Shown: in pieces, positions 1 through 10,095 of the stretch
Layout: the number at the start of each line of letters is the position of its first letter
Numbering within the stretch: position 1 is the first letter of the stretch
DNA from: Christensenellaceae bacterium
GTDB lineage: Bacteria; Bacillota; Clostridia; Christensenellales; Borkfalkiaceae
NCBI GenBank assembly: GCA_045651405.1
Contig: JAZRSH010000029.1
Coordinates: 97,960 to 161,959, forward strand
DNA: 64,000 nt
Direction: 5' to 3'
Program-made: the position numbers and the translations under genes
The notes under the pieces: generated by a model
Database searches by the model: none
Told to the model about the DNA's origin: nothing
What the model saw: only the letters and a program-made list of their open reading frames with translations

Positions 1-136
1 TTTCAATTTCAAATTGTAAACGTCTTTTTTCAGCGTCTTTTTCAATAACTTCAGTAAAGTCTACTTCATAACCTTTTTTAAGTAAACGGGCTTTAATTAA
101 GTCAGGATTTTCAATAATAAGTTTAATGTCAAGCAT
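1..136 (-). CDS. serS: seryl-tRNA synthetase, N-terminal fragment (gene continues past window start)
   Basis: Reverse complement of 1-136 reads MLDIKLIIENPDLIKARLLKKGYEVDFTEVIEKDAEKRRLQFEIE, the typical SerRS N-terminal arm. ATG is at 136-134. Confidence 0.75.
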   Translation of the reverse strand, partial: MLDIKLIIENPDLIKARLLKKGYEVDFTEVIEKDAEKRRLQFEIE

Positions 137-242
137 AATAACTCCTAAAAAATTCTTAAGTTTGTAGAATAAGTATATACCATAAAAAATAATTTTGCAA
201 GTTTTTAGCCTACCAAATATATATTAAACTACATTAAAATAT

Positions 243-271
243 TTGCATTTATTTGTTTTTTGTGGTAATAT
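243..271 (+). promoter_or_regulatory. putative sigmaA-type promoter of the cysE-cysS leader
   Basis: TTGCAT (243-248), 17 nt spacer, TAATAT (266-271), preceded by TG at 263-264 (extended -10). Confidence 0.4.
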
Positions 272-284
272 ACTCATATAATAT

Positions 285-510
285 ATAAAACCGTTGCAAA
301 AAAGAGTAGTGTTTTTTGTTTTTCAGAGAGTAGGCGTATGGTGCAAGCCTATAAGATAAAAAGTATGAAAGTGCATTTTGCTATTAAGGGGAATTAACAG
401 TTCACGGGTTGCTCCGTTAACGGCAAATGAGTATTCTTATTTTTAAGAATAGAAGTAAAGTGGAACCACGCCAAGAACGTCTTTATATGTCTTGGCGATT
501 TTTTATTTTT
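285..510 (+). promoter_or_regulatory. T-box leader (candidate Cys specifier UGC) with intrinsic terminator
   Basis: AGAGAG at 325-330. UGC followed by A at 342-345 within GGUGCAAGCC. T-box core AAAGUGGAACCACGCC at 457-472 overlaps the terminator 5' arm CGCCAAGA (469-476), which pairs with TCTTGGCG (490-497) and is followed by a U-run to 510. It lies directly upstream of cysE-cysS, as in Bacillus. Confidence 0.75.
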
Positions 511-519
511 AGGAGTATT

Positions 520-1170
520 ATGTCAAAAGCATCAAGAATGGATATTGACGCCGCAATGGCTAACGACCCTGCTGCGAGAACGCGTTTTGAAGTGTGGCTT
601 ACCTATTCAGGCATAAAGGCGTTAAGGGCGCACAGGCTCGCTAACTTTTTCTACCGCCATAATATGAAATTACTTGCAAGGATAATAAGCCAAAACGCAA
701 AAAGGCGTACGGGTATAGAAATTCACCCTGCGGCAACAATTGAACCGGGCGTTTTTATCGACCACGGCGAAGGGGTTGTTATCGGCGAAACTGCGGTTGT
801 AGAAACGGGCGTTGTCATTTATCAAGGCGTAACGCTTGGCGGTACGGGTAAGGACAAAGGCAATAAGCGTCACCCAACTATCAAACGTGATTCCGTTATA
901 AGTGCGGGTGCGAAAATTTTAGGTGGAATTACCGTAAACGAAAACTGTAAAATTGGTGCAAGTAGCGTCGTGCTTTCTGACGTTCCTGCAAACTCTACGG
1001 TAGTTGGTATTCCAGGTAAAGTAGTAAAAACTAACGGTCAAAGGGTACACGATTTACTGCAAGATAAATCAGACCCAATAGCCGAAGAAATTAAAAACAA
1101 TAGAATTATCATTGAAAAATTATCTAAGCGAATAGACGAGCTTGAAAAGCAAATTAACGAGGTGAAATAA
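520..1170 (+). CDS. cysE: serine O-acetyltransferase
   Basis: Hexapeptide-repeat beta-helix (GIEIHPAATIEPGVFIDHGEGVVIGETAVVETGVVIYQGVTLGG). Start moved from track ORF 427 to in-frame ATG 520 (AGGAG at 511-515), because 427-519 is the T-box terminator. Confidence 0.9.
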   Translation: MSKASRMDIDAAMANDPAARTRFEVWLTYSGIKALRAHRLANFFYRHNMKLLARIISQNAKRRTGIEIHPAATIEPGVFIDHGEGVVIGETAVVETGVVIYQGVTLGGTGKDKGNKRHPTIKRDSVISAGAKILGGITVNENCKIGASSVVLSDVPANSTVVGIPGKVVKTNGQRVHDLLQDKSDPIAEEIKNNRIIIEKLSKRIDELEKQINEVK

Positions 1171-1171
1171 T

Positions 1172-2557
1172 ATGAAATTTTATAACACTTTAACGAGAAA
1201 AAAAGATGAATTTAAAACTGAAGACGGTTCAAAAACCGTAAGAATGTATTCTTGCGGTCCTACCGTTTATAACTATGCGCATATAGGTAACTTAAGAACG
1301 TACGTGTTTATGGATTTACTCCGTAGGGGTTTAGCGTTTGAAGGTTACAAACTTAAAGGGGTTATGAATATTACCGACGTAGGTCACTTAACCGACGATG
1401 GTGACGATGGTGAAGATAAAATGGCAACAGCCGCTCGCCGTGAAAAGAAAGACCCTTATAAAATTGCAGAGTTCTATACTCAAGTATTCTTTAAAGACTT
1501 TGAAAAACTCAACATTAAAAAGCCTGAAATCGTATGTAAGGCAACCGACCACATCAATGAAATGATTGATTACGTAGTTGGTCTTTGCGATAACGGTTTT
1601 GGTTACGAAACGGACGACGGTATTTATTACGATATCTCTAAATTCAAAGATTACGGTGCGTTATCTGGCAATTCCCTTGATGAACTTAAATCGGGCGCAA
1701 GGGTAGAAGTTAACGACGGCAAGCGTAATCCATACGACTTCGCTATTTGGAAAAAAGCTCCAAAGGAACACATTATGCAATGGCCAAGTCCTTGGGGTCA
1801 AGGTTATCCAGGTTGGCATATCGAATGTTCGGCAATGAGTAAAAAGTACCTTGGCGAAACTTTTGATATCCATACTGGCGGTGTAGACCATATTCCTATC
1901 CACCACGAAAACGAAATTGCACAAAGCACTGGTTTAACGGGTAAAAACCCTGCTAAATTCTGGCTTCACGGCGAATTTATGCTCGTTGACGGTGGTAAAA
2001 TGAGTAAGTCGCTTGGCAATACTTATACTATCGAACAACTTGAAAAAATGGGTTACAGCCCTATGGTGTTTAGATATTTCTGCTTAAACGCACATTACAG
2101 AAAGAAACTCAACTTTACTTTCGAAACGATGGATGCGGCTAAAGTTGCTTACGAAAGACTTGTTCAAGCCCTTTTAAAACACAAAAATTCAACAAACCTT
2201 TTAGGCGAAGAAAAAATCAACGCATACAAAAAAGAATTTGCTGATGATATTGCAGACGACCTTAATATTCCTTCTGCACTTGGCGTTTTATGGACTATGC
2301 TTAAAGAACCTGCGTCTAAAGACGTTTACGAAACAGCCCTTTACTTTGATAGTGTATTCGGTTTATCATTAAAGGACGCAAAAGAAGAAAAACAAGCAAT
2401 TGAAGTTCCTCAAGATATTATTGAAAAGGCAGAAAAAATGCAATCGGCAAGAAAGGAAAAAGATTACGCAACGGCTGATGCTATAAGGGCGGAACTTGCA
2501 GGTCTTGGCTATATCGTTAAAAACACTAAAGACGGTTACGAAATCGAAAAGAAATAA
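1172..2557 (+). CDS. cysS: cysteinyl-tRNA synthetase
   Basis: Class I motifs HIGN ([10 protein letters not shown]) and KMSKS ([10 protein letters not shown]). Starts 2 nt after the cysE stop. Confidence 0.95.
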   Translation: MKFYNTLTRKKDEFKTEDGSKTVRMYSCGPTVYNYAHIGNLRTYVFMDLLRRGLAFEGYKLKGVMNITDVGHLTDDGDDGEDKMATAARREKKDPYKIAEFYTQVFFKDFEKLNIKKPEIVCKATDHINEMIDYVVGLCDNGFGYETDDGIYYDISKFKDYGALSGNSLDELKSGARVEVNDGKRNPYDFAIWKKAPKEHIMQWPSPWGQGYPGWHIECSAMSKKYLGETFDIHTGGVDHIPIHHENEIAQSTGLTGKNPAKFWLHGEFMLVDGGKMSKSLGNTYTIEQLEKMGYSPMVFRYFCLNAHYRKKLNFTFETMDAAKVAYERLVQALLKHKNSTNLLGEEKINAYKKEFADDIADDLNIPSALGVLWTMLKEPASKDVYETALYFDSVFGLSLKDAKEEKQAIEVPQDIIEKAEKMQSARKEKDYATADAIRAELAGLGYIVKNTKDGYEIEKK

Positions 2558-2567
2558 TAGGTGAATT

Positions 2568-4358
2568 ATGAGAAAACTTACATCAGATAGTTTAAGGGAA
2601 TTATATTTAAAATTCTTTGAAAGCAAAGGTCATAAAATTATAAGCTCGGCAAGTTTAATACCTGAAAACGACCCATCGGTATTATTTACAACTGCTGGTA
2701 TGCACCCGCTTGTTCCTTACCTTTTAGGCGAAAAACACCCTGAAGGCACAAGGCTTACAGACGTTCAAAAATGTGTAAGAACTGGTGATATCGACGACGT
2801 TGGCGACCCATCACATTGTACTTTTTTTGAAATGCTTGGCAACTGGTCACTTGGCGATTATTTTAAAAAGGATATGATTTCTTGGAGTTATGAGTTTTTA
2901 ACAAGCGAAGAATATCTTGGTATTCCCGTTGAAAAACTTGCAGTTACCGTTTTTGAAGGTGACGAAGACGCACCAAGAGATGAAGAAAGCGCAGAATATT
3001 GGGCAAACGCAGGTATTCCAAGGGATAAAATCTTCTATCTTCCTAAAAAGAACAACTGGTGGATAGCAGGTAACGTTGGTCCTTGCGGTCCTGATACTGA
3101 AATGTTTATTGATAGGGGTACGCCTAAATGCTGTCCTGAATGTTCGCCTGCTTGCGATTGCGGTAAATACCTTGAAATTTGGAACGACGTATTTATGCAA
3201 TTTGAAAAGAAAGCGGACGGCACTTACGAAAAATTAAAACAAAAGAACGTAGATACTGGTATGGGTCTTGAAAGAACGCTTTCAATCTTAAGCGGTGTTC
3301 CTACCGTTTACGATACCGACGTATTTGAAGGCGCAAAAGCAAAAATCGAAGAACTTACTGGCAAAAAATACGATGAAAGCCCTGAAATTACAAAGGCGTT
3401 TAGAATTATTTTAGACCACACAAGAACTGCCACCTTTATGCTTGGCGACCAAAAGGGCGTAACCCCTTCTAACGTTGACCAAGGCTACGTTTTAAGAAGA
3501 CTTATAAGAAGAGCGGTTAGATACGGAAGACAACTTGGTTTAGAACAAGGCAGTTTATCTTTAATTGCCGTTACCTTTGTTGAAAAGTATAAACACGTTT
3601 ATACTGAACTTCAAGACAACCGTGAAAAAATTGTAACAGAACTCAATAAGGAAGAAGAAAAATTCTCTAAAACCTTAATTGACGGCTTAAAAGAATTCAA
3701 CAAAGTTATCACTTACATTAAAGGGGATATCTTCCCAGGTAAAACTGCGTTCAGGTTATTTGATACTTTCGGTTTCCCTATCGAAATCACTACCGAACTT
3801 GCCGAAGAGAAAGGCTTTAAAGTAGACGTTCAAGGTTATGAAGACGCTTTCAAAGCGCATAGGGAAAAATCTCAAGCGGGTTCAGAACAAAAATTCAAGG
3901 GCGGTCTTGCTGAACAAAACGAAACAACGCAAAGACTTCACACGGCAACCCACCTTTTAAACGCTGCACTTAAAGAAGTTTTAGGAGACCCTAATATCAA
4001 CCAATGCGGTTCAAACATTACCGTTGAAAGATTAAGATTTGACTTTAACTTCCCAAGAAAACTTACCCCTGAAGAACTTAAAGCCGTTGAAGATTGGGTA
4101 AACGACGCAATCAAGTCAAACGCGCCTGTAACAATGGAAGAAATGACCGTTGAAGAGGCAAAAGCACAAGGTGCGGTAGGTGTATTCACTAACAAGTACG
4201 GCGATAGGGTTAAAGTTTACACTATGGGCAGTTACAGTAAAGAAATTTGCGGTGGCCCACACGCTAACACTTTAGGCGAACTTAAACAATTCAAAATCAA
4301 AAAAGAAGAAGCAAGTTCCGCTGGCGTAAGACGTATTAAAGCTATAATCGTAGAATAA
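2568..4358 (+). CDS. alaS: alanyl-tRNA synthetase, short form (catalytic plus editing domains, no C-Ala domain)
   Basis: AlaRS catalytic core: LYLKFFESKGH, FTTAGM, FFEMLGNWSLGDYFK, GPCGPDTEMF, EIWNDVFMQF. Editing-domain motifs: HTATHLLNAAL and CGGPH. The ORF ends right after GVRRIKAII. Only 596 aa. Confidence 0.75.
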   Translation: MRKLTSDSLRELYLKFFESKGHKIISSASLIPENDPSVLFTTAGMHPLVPYLLGEKHPEGTRLTDVQKCVRTGDIDDVGDPSHCTFFEMLGNWSLGDYFKKDMISWSYEFLTSEEYLGIPVEKLAVTVFEGDEDAPRDEESAEYWANAGIPRDKIFYLPKKNNWWIAGNVGPCGPDTEMFIDRGTPKCCPECSPACDCGKYLEIWNDVFMQFEKKADGTYEKLKQKNVDTGMGLERTLSILSGVPTVYDTDVFEGAKAKIEELTGKKYDESPEITKAFRIILDHTRTATFMLGDQKGVTPSNVDQGYVLRRLIRRAVRYGRQLGLEQGSLSLIAVTFVEKYKHVYTELQDNREKIVTELNKEEEKFSKTLIDGLKEFNKVITYIKGDIFPGKTAFRLFDTFGFPIEITTELAEEKGFKVDVQGYEDAFKAHREKSQAGSEQKFKGGLAEQNETTQRLHTATHLLNAALKEVLGDPNINQCGSNITVERLRFDFNFPRKLTPEELKAVEDWVNDAIKSNAPVTMEEMTVEEAKAQGAVGVFTNKYGDRVKVYTMGSYSKEICGGPHANTLGELKQFKIKKEEASSAGVRRIKAIIVE

Positions 4359-4371
4359 TTTTATAAATACA

Positions 4372-4400
4372 AAAGCGTTGCGACAAAATCGCAACGCTTT
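4372..4400. terminator. bidirectional hairpin between convergent genes
   Basis: AAAGCGTTGCG / CGCAACGCTTT perfect 11-bp stem, flanked by A/T runs. Confidence 0.7.
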
Positions 4401-4404
4401 AGTT

Positions 4405-5223
4405 TTATTCCGGAAGTATATCGTCCTTATGTTTTTCAAGCCACTCACAGCAAACTTTATAGCCTTCGTGGTCAAGGTCTGCCATAGTGTTTGTGTGTAA
4501 ACAAATACCGTCAACTTCTTTATTTCTTAAAAGTTCGTAGTATCTGTCAAGTTGCCAAGCAACTTGTTTAGGGTCGGCTTTTTTATAGTCGCCAAAGTTG
4601 TATAAATACAAGCCTAAAATTCTCTTTTTGCCTTGTGTTTTTTCCTTATAAATTTTGAATTTATCCTCAAACTTCCAAAGGTTAGATTCACCCATAGTCC
4701 AAAGCATAATTCCGTCAAAAGGTTCTATATACGGCCAAAATTCCTTGTCTTTTTCAAGGTCAACGCCAAACTCGTCGGTGTATAAAACCATCCACATTTC
4801 AAGCGGTCTAACGTCGTTGTTGTGAAGTATATCCCTCGTTTTATAAATGTTTTCGATAGGGAAGTTTTTAAATCTTCCACCCGCGATAAAATCGTCGAAA
4901 ACACCGCAAGTGATATTTTTAAAATCCCTTGCTTCTTCAACGAGTTGCTTGGCAAAATCTGGGTTAGCGCCCGCGCCGTTTAAGGCTTCGCCACTTGCAT
5001 CGCGAAGTAAGTCCCAACCAACCCTTTGCATAGGTTTAAAAGAGTGGTTGTACTGCCTGCGGTTAACGTCTACGCCAACGGGTACCATAAATAGCCCCGT
5101 ACAGTCAAGATACATAGCCCCTTCAAGCGGAGTCATACGCGAAAGTTCCGTATTGCCGTATTCGTTATAATACTTGCCCTCTGGGTGCGCCCAAAGCCAA
5201 AGTTTATCCTTTAAAGTTGCCAT
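4405..5223 (-). CDS. hypothetical protein (272 aa)
   Basis: Long ORF with AAGGAGG just upstream of ATG 5223. No motif I can assign. Confidence 0.6.
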   Translation of the reverse strand: MATLKDKLWLWAHPEGKYYNEYGNTELSRMTPLEGAMYLDCTGLFMVPVGVDVNRRQYNHSFKPMQRVGWDLLRDASGEALNGAGANPDFAKQLVEEARDFKNITCGVFDDFIAGGRFKNFPIENIYKTRDILHNNDVRPLEMWMVLYTDEFGVDLEKDKEFWPYIEPFDGIMLWTMGESNLWKFEDKFKIYKEKTQGKKRILGLYLYNFGDYKKADPKQVAWQLDRYYELLRNKEVDGICLHTNTMADLDHEGYKVCCEWLEKHKDDILPE

Positions 5224-5287
5224 AAAAATCCTCCTTTATGAACTTTAAAAATAGTATAGTATGGTTTTTTAGTCTTGTCAATACTTT

Positions 5288-6214
5288 TTAGACAAAAAAC
5301 GTTTGTAAAATCCACAAAAATAGCGGTAAAGTAACAAGTGAAATTATAGTGCTTAAAGTTACCGTTTTTGCACCGATTTCACAAGTTTTGCCTATTGATT
5401 TAGGGTAAACAATAGTGTTCATACCGCCAGGCATTGATGCAAACATTACGGCTAAAATGGTTACCGTACTTGACTGATTTAAAAGTAAGCAGATACCTAA
5501 AACTATAAGTGGTAAGGCTATCATTTTAACAAGGGTAATTAAGTAAAATTTACCCCCTTTAAATATTTCTTTAATATTAAATCCACCGATAACTACGCCC
5601 GATAAAATCATTGCAAGTGGCGACATAGTGTTTCCTAAAGTTTCTAAAATTTCAACGGAAAAAGTTGGCAGTACTAAACCAGATAAACCTAAAATCATAC
5701 CTATAGGTATAGCTATTACAAACGGTACTAATAAACGCTTAAACTCTAAACGCTTTTGGTCGGTTAAAAGCCTATATCCTTCAACTGACGTAAACACCGT
5801 TACGAATATGCAAAACATCATAAAATCAAACATCATTTTTTCGCCGAAAAAGGCAAGGATTATAGGATAGGCAACGTAGCCGTAGTTGGGCACGGTAAAA
5901 ACGTATTTCAAAACGTTTCTTTCATAACCGTCTTTAGTGAATAATTTTGATATGAAAATCGCACCCACGTAAAGTATTGCTATTAAAATAATACCTTTAA
6001 GGGAGTATTCAATACTTGACGATAAATTTTCAAAGGTAAAATTCTTATAATACGATGCAACCGTAAAGCAAGGCGAAGACACGTAAAGCACCACTTTAGA
6101 TAGGGTGGTTGAAGAGTTTTCATCCAAAATTTTAAACCTTCTCAGCACAAAGCCTATCAAAACGTATATAAAAATTGTAAGTACGGGTGTAAAAACCACT
6201 AAATAATCGCCCAT
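5288..6214 (-). CDS. AEC (auxin efflux carrier) family permease
   Basis: Polytopic hydrophobic protein. N-terminus VLIGFVLRRFKIL and overall layout are typical of AEC/malate-permease-like transporters. AGGAG upstream. Confidence 0.65.
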   Translation of the reverse strand: MGDYLVVFTPVLTIFIYVLIGFVLRRFKILDENSSTTLSKVVLYVSSPCFTVASYYKNFTFENLSSSIEYSLKGIILIAILYVGAIFISKLFTKDGYERNVLKYVFTVPNYGYVAYPIILAFFGEKMMFDFMMFCIFVTVFTSVEGYRLLTDQKRLEFKRLLVPFVIAIPIGMILGLSGLVLPTFSVEILETLGNTMSPLAMILSGVVIGGFNIKEIFKGGKFYLITLVKMIALPLIVLGICLLLNQSSTVTILAVMFASMPGGMNTIVYPKSIGKTCEIGAKTVTLSTIISLVTLPLFLWILQTFFV

Positions 6215-6425
6215 CTTAACTCCTAAACACTTAGAAAATCAACCTTACGTTTAGCCGTAGCCTTATTCCTTAAATATAAAAACACTACTGCGTTGTAAAA
6301 GACACAATTTTTTAAAAGTGCAATACCATAATATGGTAATATAATAACTTTGTCAACGCTTTAGCAAATATTTAATAATTTTTTATTAAAAGGGTATAAA
6401 ATCGCTTTTCTTAAAAAAAATTTTG

Positions 6426-6490
6426 TGCTATAATGAACCCAAGTGGCGAAATACCACAAAAAAATGGTATTTTTGCCGACTAATTTTTTT
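6426..6490 (+). promoter_or_regulatory. extended -10 promoter followed by a terminator-like leader hairpin upstream of mdh
   Basis: TGcTATAAT at 6426-6434. Hairpin GGCGAAATACCA (6445-6456) / TGGTATTTTTGCC (6465-6477), then T7 at 6484-6490. The mdh ATG is at 6557. Confidence 0.45.
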
Positions 6491-6556
6491 GAAAGACTTT
6501 GTTAAAATTTTAACAAGCAAGACTAATTACTTAAATTAAGTAAAGGAGATAAATTT

Positions 6557-7504
6557 ATGAACAAGAAAATTACAATTATCGGTGCTGGTGCTGTTGGCTC
6601 TTCAATCGGCTACTTACTCGTTGCTGAATCTATCGCTTCAGAAGTAGTGTTTATTGACGTTAACAAAGATAAAGCTTCGGGCGAAGCAATGGATATTTAT
6701 CAATCTACTCCATTTTTATCGCCATCGGTAGTTCGTGCAGGCGAATATGAAGACGCTAAAGGTTCTGATATCGTAGTAATAACTTCAGGCGTAGCAAGAA
6801 AGCCAGGTCAAACACGTATTGACTTAGCAAAAATCAACGTTGGTATTATCAAGAGTATTGCTCCACAAATTACTGCAGTATGTCCTGACGCTATTTACGT
6901 TATCGTTGCTAACCCAGTTGACGTTTTAACTTACACATTCCACAAAGAAACTAATATCCCTGCAAACCGTATTATTGGTTCGGGTACAAGTTTAGATACT
7001 GCAAGATTAAGAACAAGACTTTCTGAAATCTACAAAGTATCTCCACTTCAAATCGAAGCTAACGTTTTAGGTGAGCACGGCGATACAATGTTCGTTGCTT
7101 GGTCAATGGCAAAAATCGCAGGTATTCCTATTGATGAATTCAAAAAGGTTACTACCGTTGAAAATAAGGACGTAGTTGCTTACGATAAAGAAGAAGTTGC
7201 TGAATACATTAGAAAATCAGGCGGTATTATCATTTCTAAAAAGGGCGCTACTTACAACGGTGTTGCCGCTGCAGTTGCACACATTTGTAAGAGCATCTAC
7301 TTAGGTATTGATAGCGTTATCTGTTTATCAGTACTTTTAAAAGGCGAATACGGTATTAACGACGTATGTATCAGTATTCCTACAATCGTAGGTAGAAACG
7401 GTATCGTTTCAACACTTACACCTACGTTAAGCGCAGAAGAACAAGCGCTTTTAGTTAAGAGTGCTGACGCAATGAAAAGCGTTATTGACCAAATTAAAGA
7501 ATAA
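6557..7504 (+). CDS. mdh: malate dehydrogenase (LDH-like family)
   Basis: Rossmann motif ITIIGAGAVGSS. Substrate loop GVARKPGQTR has Arg where L-LDH has Gln102, which is the MDH discriminator. Followed by fumarase. Confidence 0.8.
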   Translation: MNKKITIIGAGAVGSSIGYLLVAESIASEVVFIDVNKDKASGEAMDIYQSTPFLSPSVVRAGEYEDAKGSDIVVITSGVARKPGQTRIDLAKINVGIIKSIAPQITAVCPDAIYVIVANPVDVLTYTFHKETNIPANRIIGSGTSLDTARLRTRLSEIYKVSPLQIEANVLGEHGDTMFVAWSMAKIAGIPIDEFKKVTTVENKDVVAYDKEEVAEYIRKSGGIIISKKGATYNGVAAAVAHICKSIYLGIDSVICLSVLLKGEYGINDVCISIPTIVGRNGIVSTLTPTLSAEEQALLVKSADAMKSVIDQIKE

Positions 7505-7526
7505 TTATTGATAAGGAGATTTTGAT

Positions 7527-8891
7527 ATGGGTTATCGTATAGAAAGAGATACCATGGGCGAAATGAGGGTTCCTGACGATAAGTATTGGGCTGCTCAAAC
7601 GCAAAGAAGTTTAGAAAACTTCAAAATCGGTGGCGAAGTGATGCCAAGGGAAATTACCCACGCATTTGGTATTTTGAAAAAAGCAGCCGCTATTGCGAAT
7701 TTCCGCTTAGGTAAAATTAGCGAAGAAAAATTACAATACATCTCTAAAGCGAGTGATGAAGTTATCGAAGGAAAACTTAACGACCACTTCCCACTCGTTG
7801 TATGGCAAACGGGTTCTGGTACTCAATCAAACATGAACGCAAACGAAGTTATTGCGGGTAGGGGCAACGAACTTGCAGGCACTAAACTTTTACATCCAAA
7901 CGATGATATTAACAAAAGCCAATCAAGTAACGATACCTTCCCAACTGCAATGCACATTGCCGCAGTTATTGCCATCGAAGATAAATTAATTCCTGCAATG
8001 GATAAATTTATTGCAACGCTTGCTCGTTTAGAAGAAGAAAACAAAGACGTTGTAAAAAGTGGTAGAACTCACTTACAAGACGCTGTTCCTATTAGTTTCG
8101 GTCAAGAAATTAGCGGTTGGCGTGCAATGGTTGAAAAGAGCAGGGGTATGATTATCGCATCTCTTGACGGTCTTAGGGAACTCGCGCTCGGCGGTACTGC
8201 CGTTGGTACGGGTTTAAATGCTCCTAAGGGCTTTGCCGAAGCAGTTGCTGAAGAAGTAAGCAATATTTCTGGTAAAAAGTTCATTACTGCTCCTAACAAA
8301 TACCACTCTTTAACTTCTAAAGACGAACTCGTATTTGCACACGGCGCGTTAAAAGGCTTAGCCGCTAACATGATGAAGATAGCAAACGACGTTAGATGGC
8401 TTGCATCAGGCCCTCGTTGTGGTCTTGGCGAAATCTTTATTCCTGAAAACGAACCGGGTTCTTCAATCATGCCAGGTAAGGTTAACCCAACACAATGCGA
8501 ATCAATGACTATGGTTGCCGTTCAAGTTATGGCTAACGACGTAGCAGTTGGTATGGGTGCATCTCAAGGTAACTTTGAACTCAACGTATTTATGCCTGTA
8601 ATTATCTACAACTTCTTACAATCGGTAAGACTTCTTGCAGACGGTCTTGTTTCTTTCAACGACAACTGCGCGGTAGGTATTAAGGCAAACAAAGAAAAAA
8701 TGAACCACAATCTTTATAACTCTTTAATGTTAGTTACAGCACTTAACCCTTATATCGGTTATGAAAACGCTGCTAAAACTGCTAAAAAGGCTCATAAAGA
8801 AAATATAAGTTTAAAACAAGCCTGCGTGGAACTTGGATTCTTATCTGAAGAAGAATTTGACAAAGTATTCCACCCAGAGCAAATGATATAA
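7527..8891 (+). CDS. fumC: class II fumarate hydratase
   Basis: Signature GSSIMPGKVNPTQCE. 454 aa. Confidence 0.95.
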   Translation: MGYRIERDTMGEMRVPDDKYWAAQTQRSLENFKIGGEVMPREITHAFGILKKAAAIANFRLGKISEEKLQYISKASDEVIEGKLNDHFPLVVWQTGSGTQSNMNANEVIAGRGNELAGTKLLHPNDDINKSQSSNDTFPTAMHIAAVIAIEDKLIPAMDKFIATLARLEEENKDVVKSGRTHLQDAVPISFGQEISGWRAMVEKSRGMIIASLDGLRELALGGTAVGTGLNAPKGFAEAVAEEVSNISGKKFITAPNKYHSLTSKDELVFAHGALKGLAANMMKIANDVRWLASGPRCGLGEIFIPENEPGSSIMPGKVNPTQCESMTMVAVQVMANDVAVGMGASQGNFELNVFMPVIIYNFLQSVRLLADGLVSFNDNCAVGIKANKEKMNHNLYNSLMLVTALNPYIGYENAAKTAKKAHKENISLKQACVELGFLSEEEFDKVFHPEQMI

Positions 8892-8901
8892 TAGGTAGAT
8901 T

Positions 8902-9684
8902 ATGAAGTTTAGTTATTATCCGGGTTGTACCCTCAAAACAAAGGCAAAAGAACTTGATATCTACGGCAGAAAGGCTCTTGAAGCGCTTGGCGTAGATTTT
9001 GAAGAAGTAAAAGAATGGCAATGTTGCGGTGCTGTTTATCCAGTAGCGAAAGACGAAGTTGCAACTAAACTTTCAGCGGTAAGAACGCTTGCTTCTTCAA
9101 TGGAAGACGACGGCAAAGTATTAACTTTATGTTCGGCTTGTCACAACGTTTTAAAACGCGTTAACGACGATATGAAAAACGACGCTAATATCCGTTTTAA
9201 AGCAAATAACTATTTAGGTTTAGAAACTCCATATAACGGTGAGGCGGAAGTTATTCACTACTTGGAAGTGCTTAAAAACTACGTTGGTTTTGACAAAATT
9301 AAAGAAAAAGTTGTTAAACCTTTAAAAGACGTTAAAATTGGTGCTTACTACGGCTGTTTACTTCTTCGTCCAAGCGGTGTTTTAGCATTTGATAATCCTG
9401 AAAATCCTACAATCATTGAAGATTTCATCAAGGCTATCGGTGCTACGCCTGTAGTTTATCCGTTTAGAAACGAATGTTGCGGTGCTTACGTTTCTTTAAC
9501 TAAAAAGGAACTTGCAGAGGCAAAATGCAAATCAATAATTAACTCGGCAAAAGATGCTAAGGCAGATATGCTTGTAACGGCTTGTCCGTTATGTATGTAT
9601 AACTTAACTGAAAACGGCAAAAACGCTATTCCTGTTAAGTACTTTACTGAACTTTTAGCTGAGGCTTTGGGGGTTAAGGAGTAA
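8902..9684 (+). CDS. hdrB: heterodisulfide reductase subunit B-like protein (two CCG domains)
   Basis: N-terminus YYPGCTL. Two CCG motifs (WQCCGAVYP, NECCGAYVS). Confidence 0.85.
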   Translation: MKFSYYPGCTLKTKAKELDIYGRKALEALGVDFEEVKEWQCCGAVYPVAKDEVATKLSAVRTLASSMEDDGKVLTLCSACHNVLKRVNDDMKNDANIRFKANNYLGLETPYNGEAEVIHYLEVLKNYVGFDKIKEKVVKPLKDVKIGAYYGCLLLRPSGVLAFDNPENPTIIEDFIKAIGATPVVYPFRNECCGAYVSLTKKELAEAKCKSIINSAKDAKADMLVTACPLCMYNLTENGKNAIPVKYFTELLAEALGVKE

Positions 9685-9687
9685 GTT

Positions 9688-10074
9688 ATGGAAAAGAACG
9701 AACAAGTAAAACTCATTAAAGAAAGAAGTGGTACCGACGCTAAAAAATGTATGAAATGCGGTAAGTGTTCGGGTAGATGTCCAGCCTTTTCTGAAATGGA
9801 TATTAAACCACACCAATTCGTTAGTTATATAGAAAAGGGCGAAATTGACAAGTTACTTCAAAGCAAATCATTATTTACTTGCTTAACTTGTTTCGCTTGC
9901 GTAGAAAGATGTCCAAGGGGTGTTGCTCCTGGTGCGATTATCGAGGCTGTAAGACAAGAACTTATTAGAACGCAAGGTGAAAATCGCGTACAAGCTGAAG
10001 AAATTCCTTCACAAATTGATGAACAAATTCCTCAACAACTCTTAGTGAGTATGTTTAGAAAGTTTAATAAATAA
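9688..10074 (+). CDS. hdrC: heterodisulfide reductase subunit C-like 4Fe-4S protein
   Basis: CMKCGKCSGRCP and CLTCFACVERCP motifs. 128 aa. Confidence 0.8.
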   Translation: MEKNEQVKLIKERSGTDAKKCMKCGKCSGRCPAFSEMDIKPHQFVSYIEKGEIDKLLQSKSLFTCLTCFACVERCPRGVAPGAIIEAVRQELIRTQGENRVQAEEIPSQIDEQIPQQLLVSMFRKFNK

Positions 10075-10095
10075 TTTATATATAGGAAGTGAAAT

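Noticed and set aside
427-519. The N-terminal 31 codons of track ORF 427-1170 (MSILIFKNRSKVEPRQERLYMSWRFFIFRSI).
   Set aside because: This stretch covers the T-box core and the terminator hairpin/U-run. A good RBS precedes the in-frame ATG at 520, where SAT homology begins.
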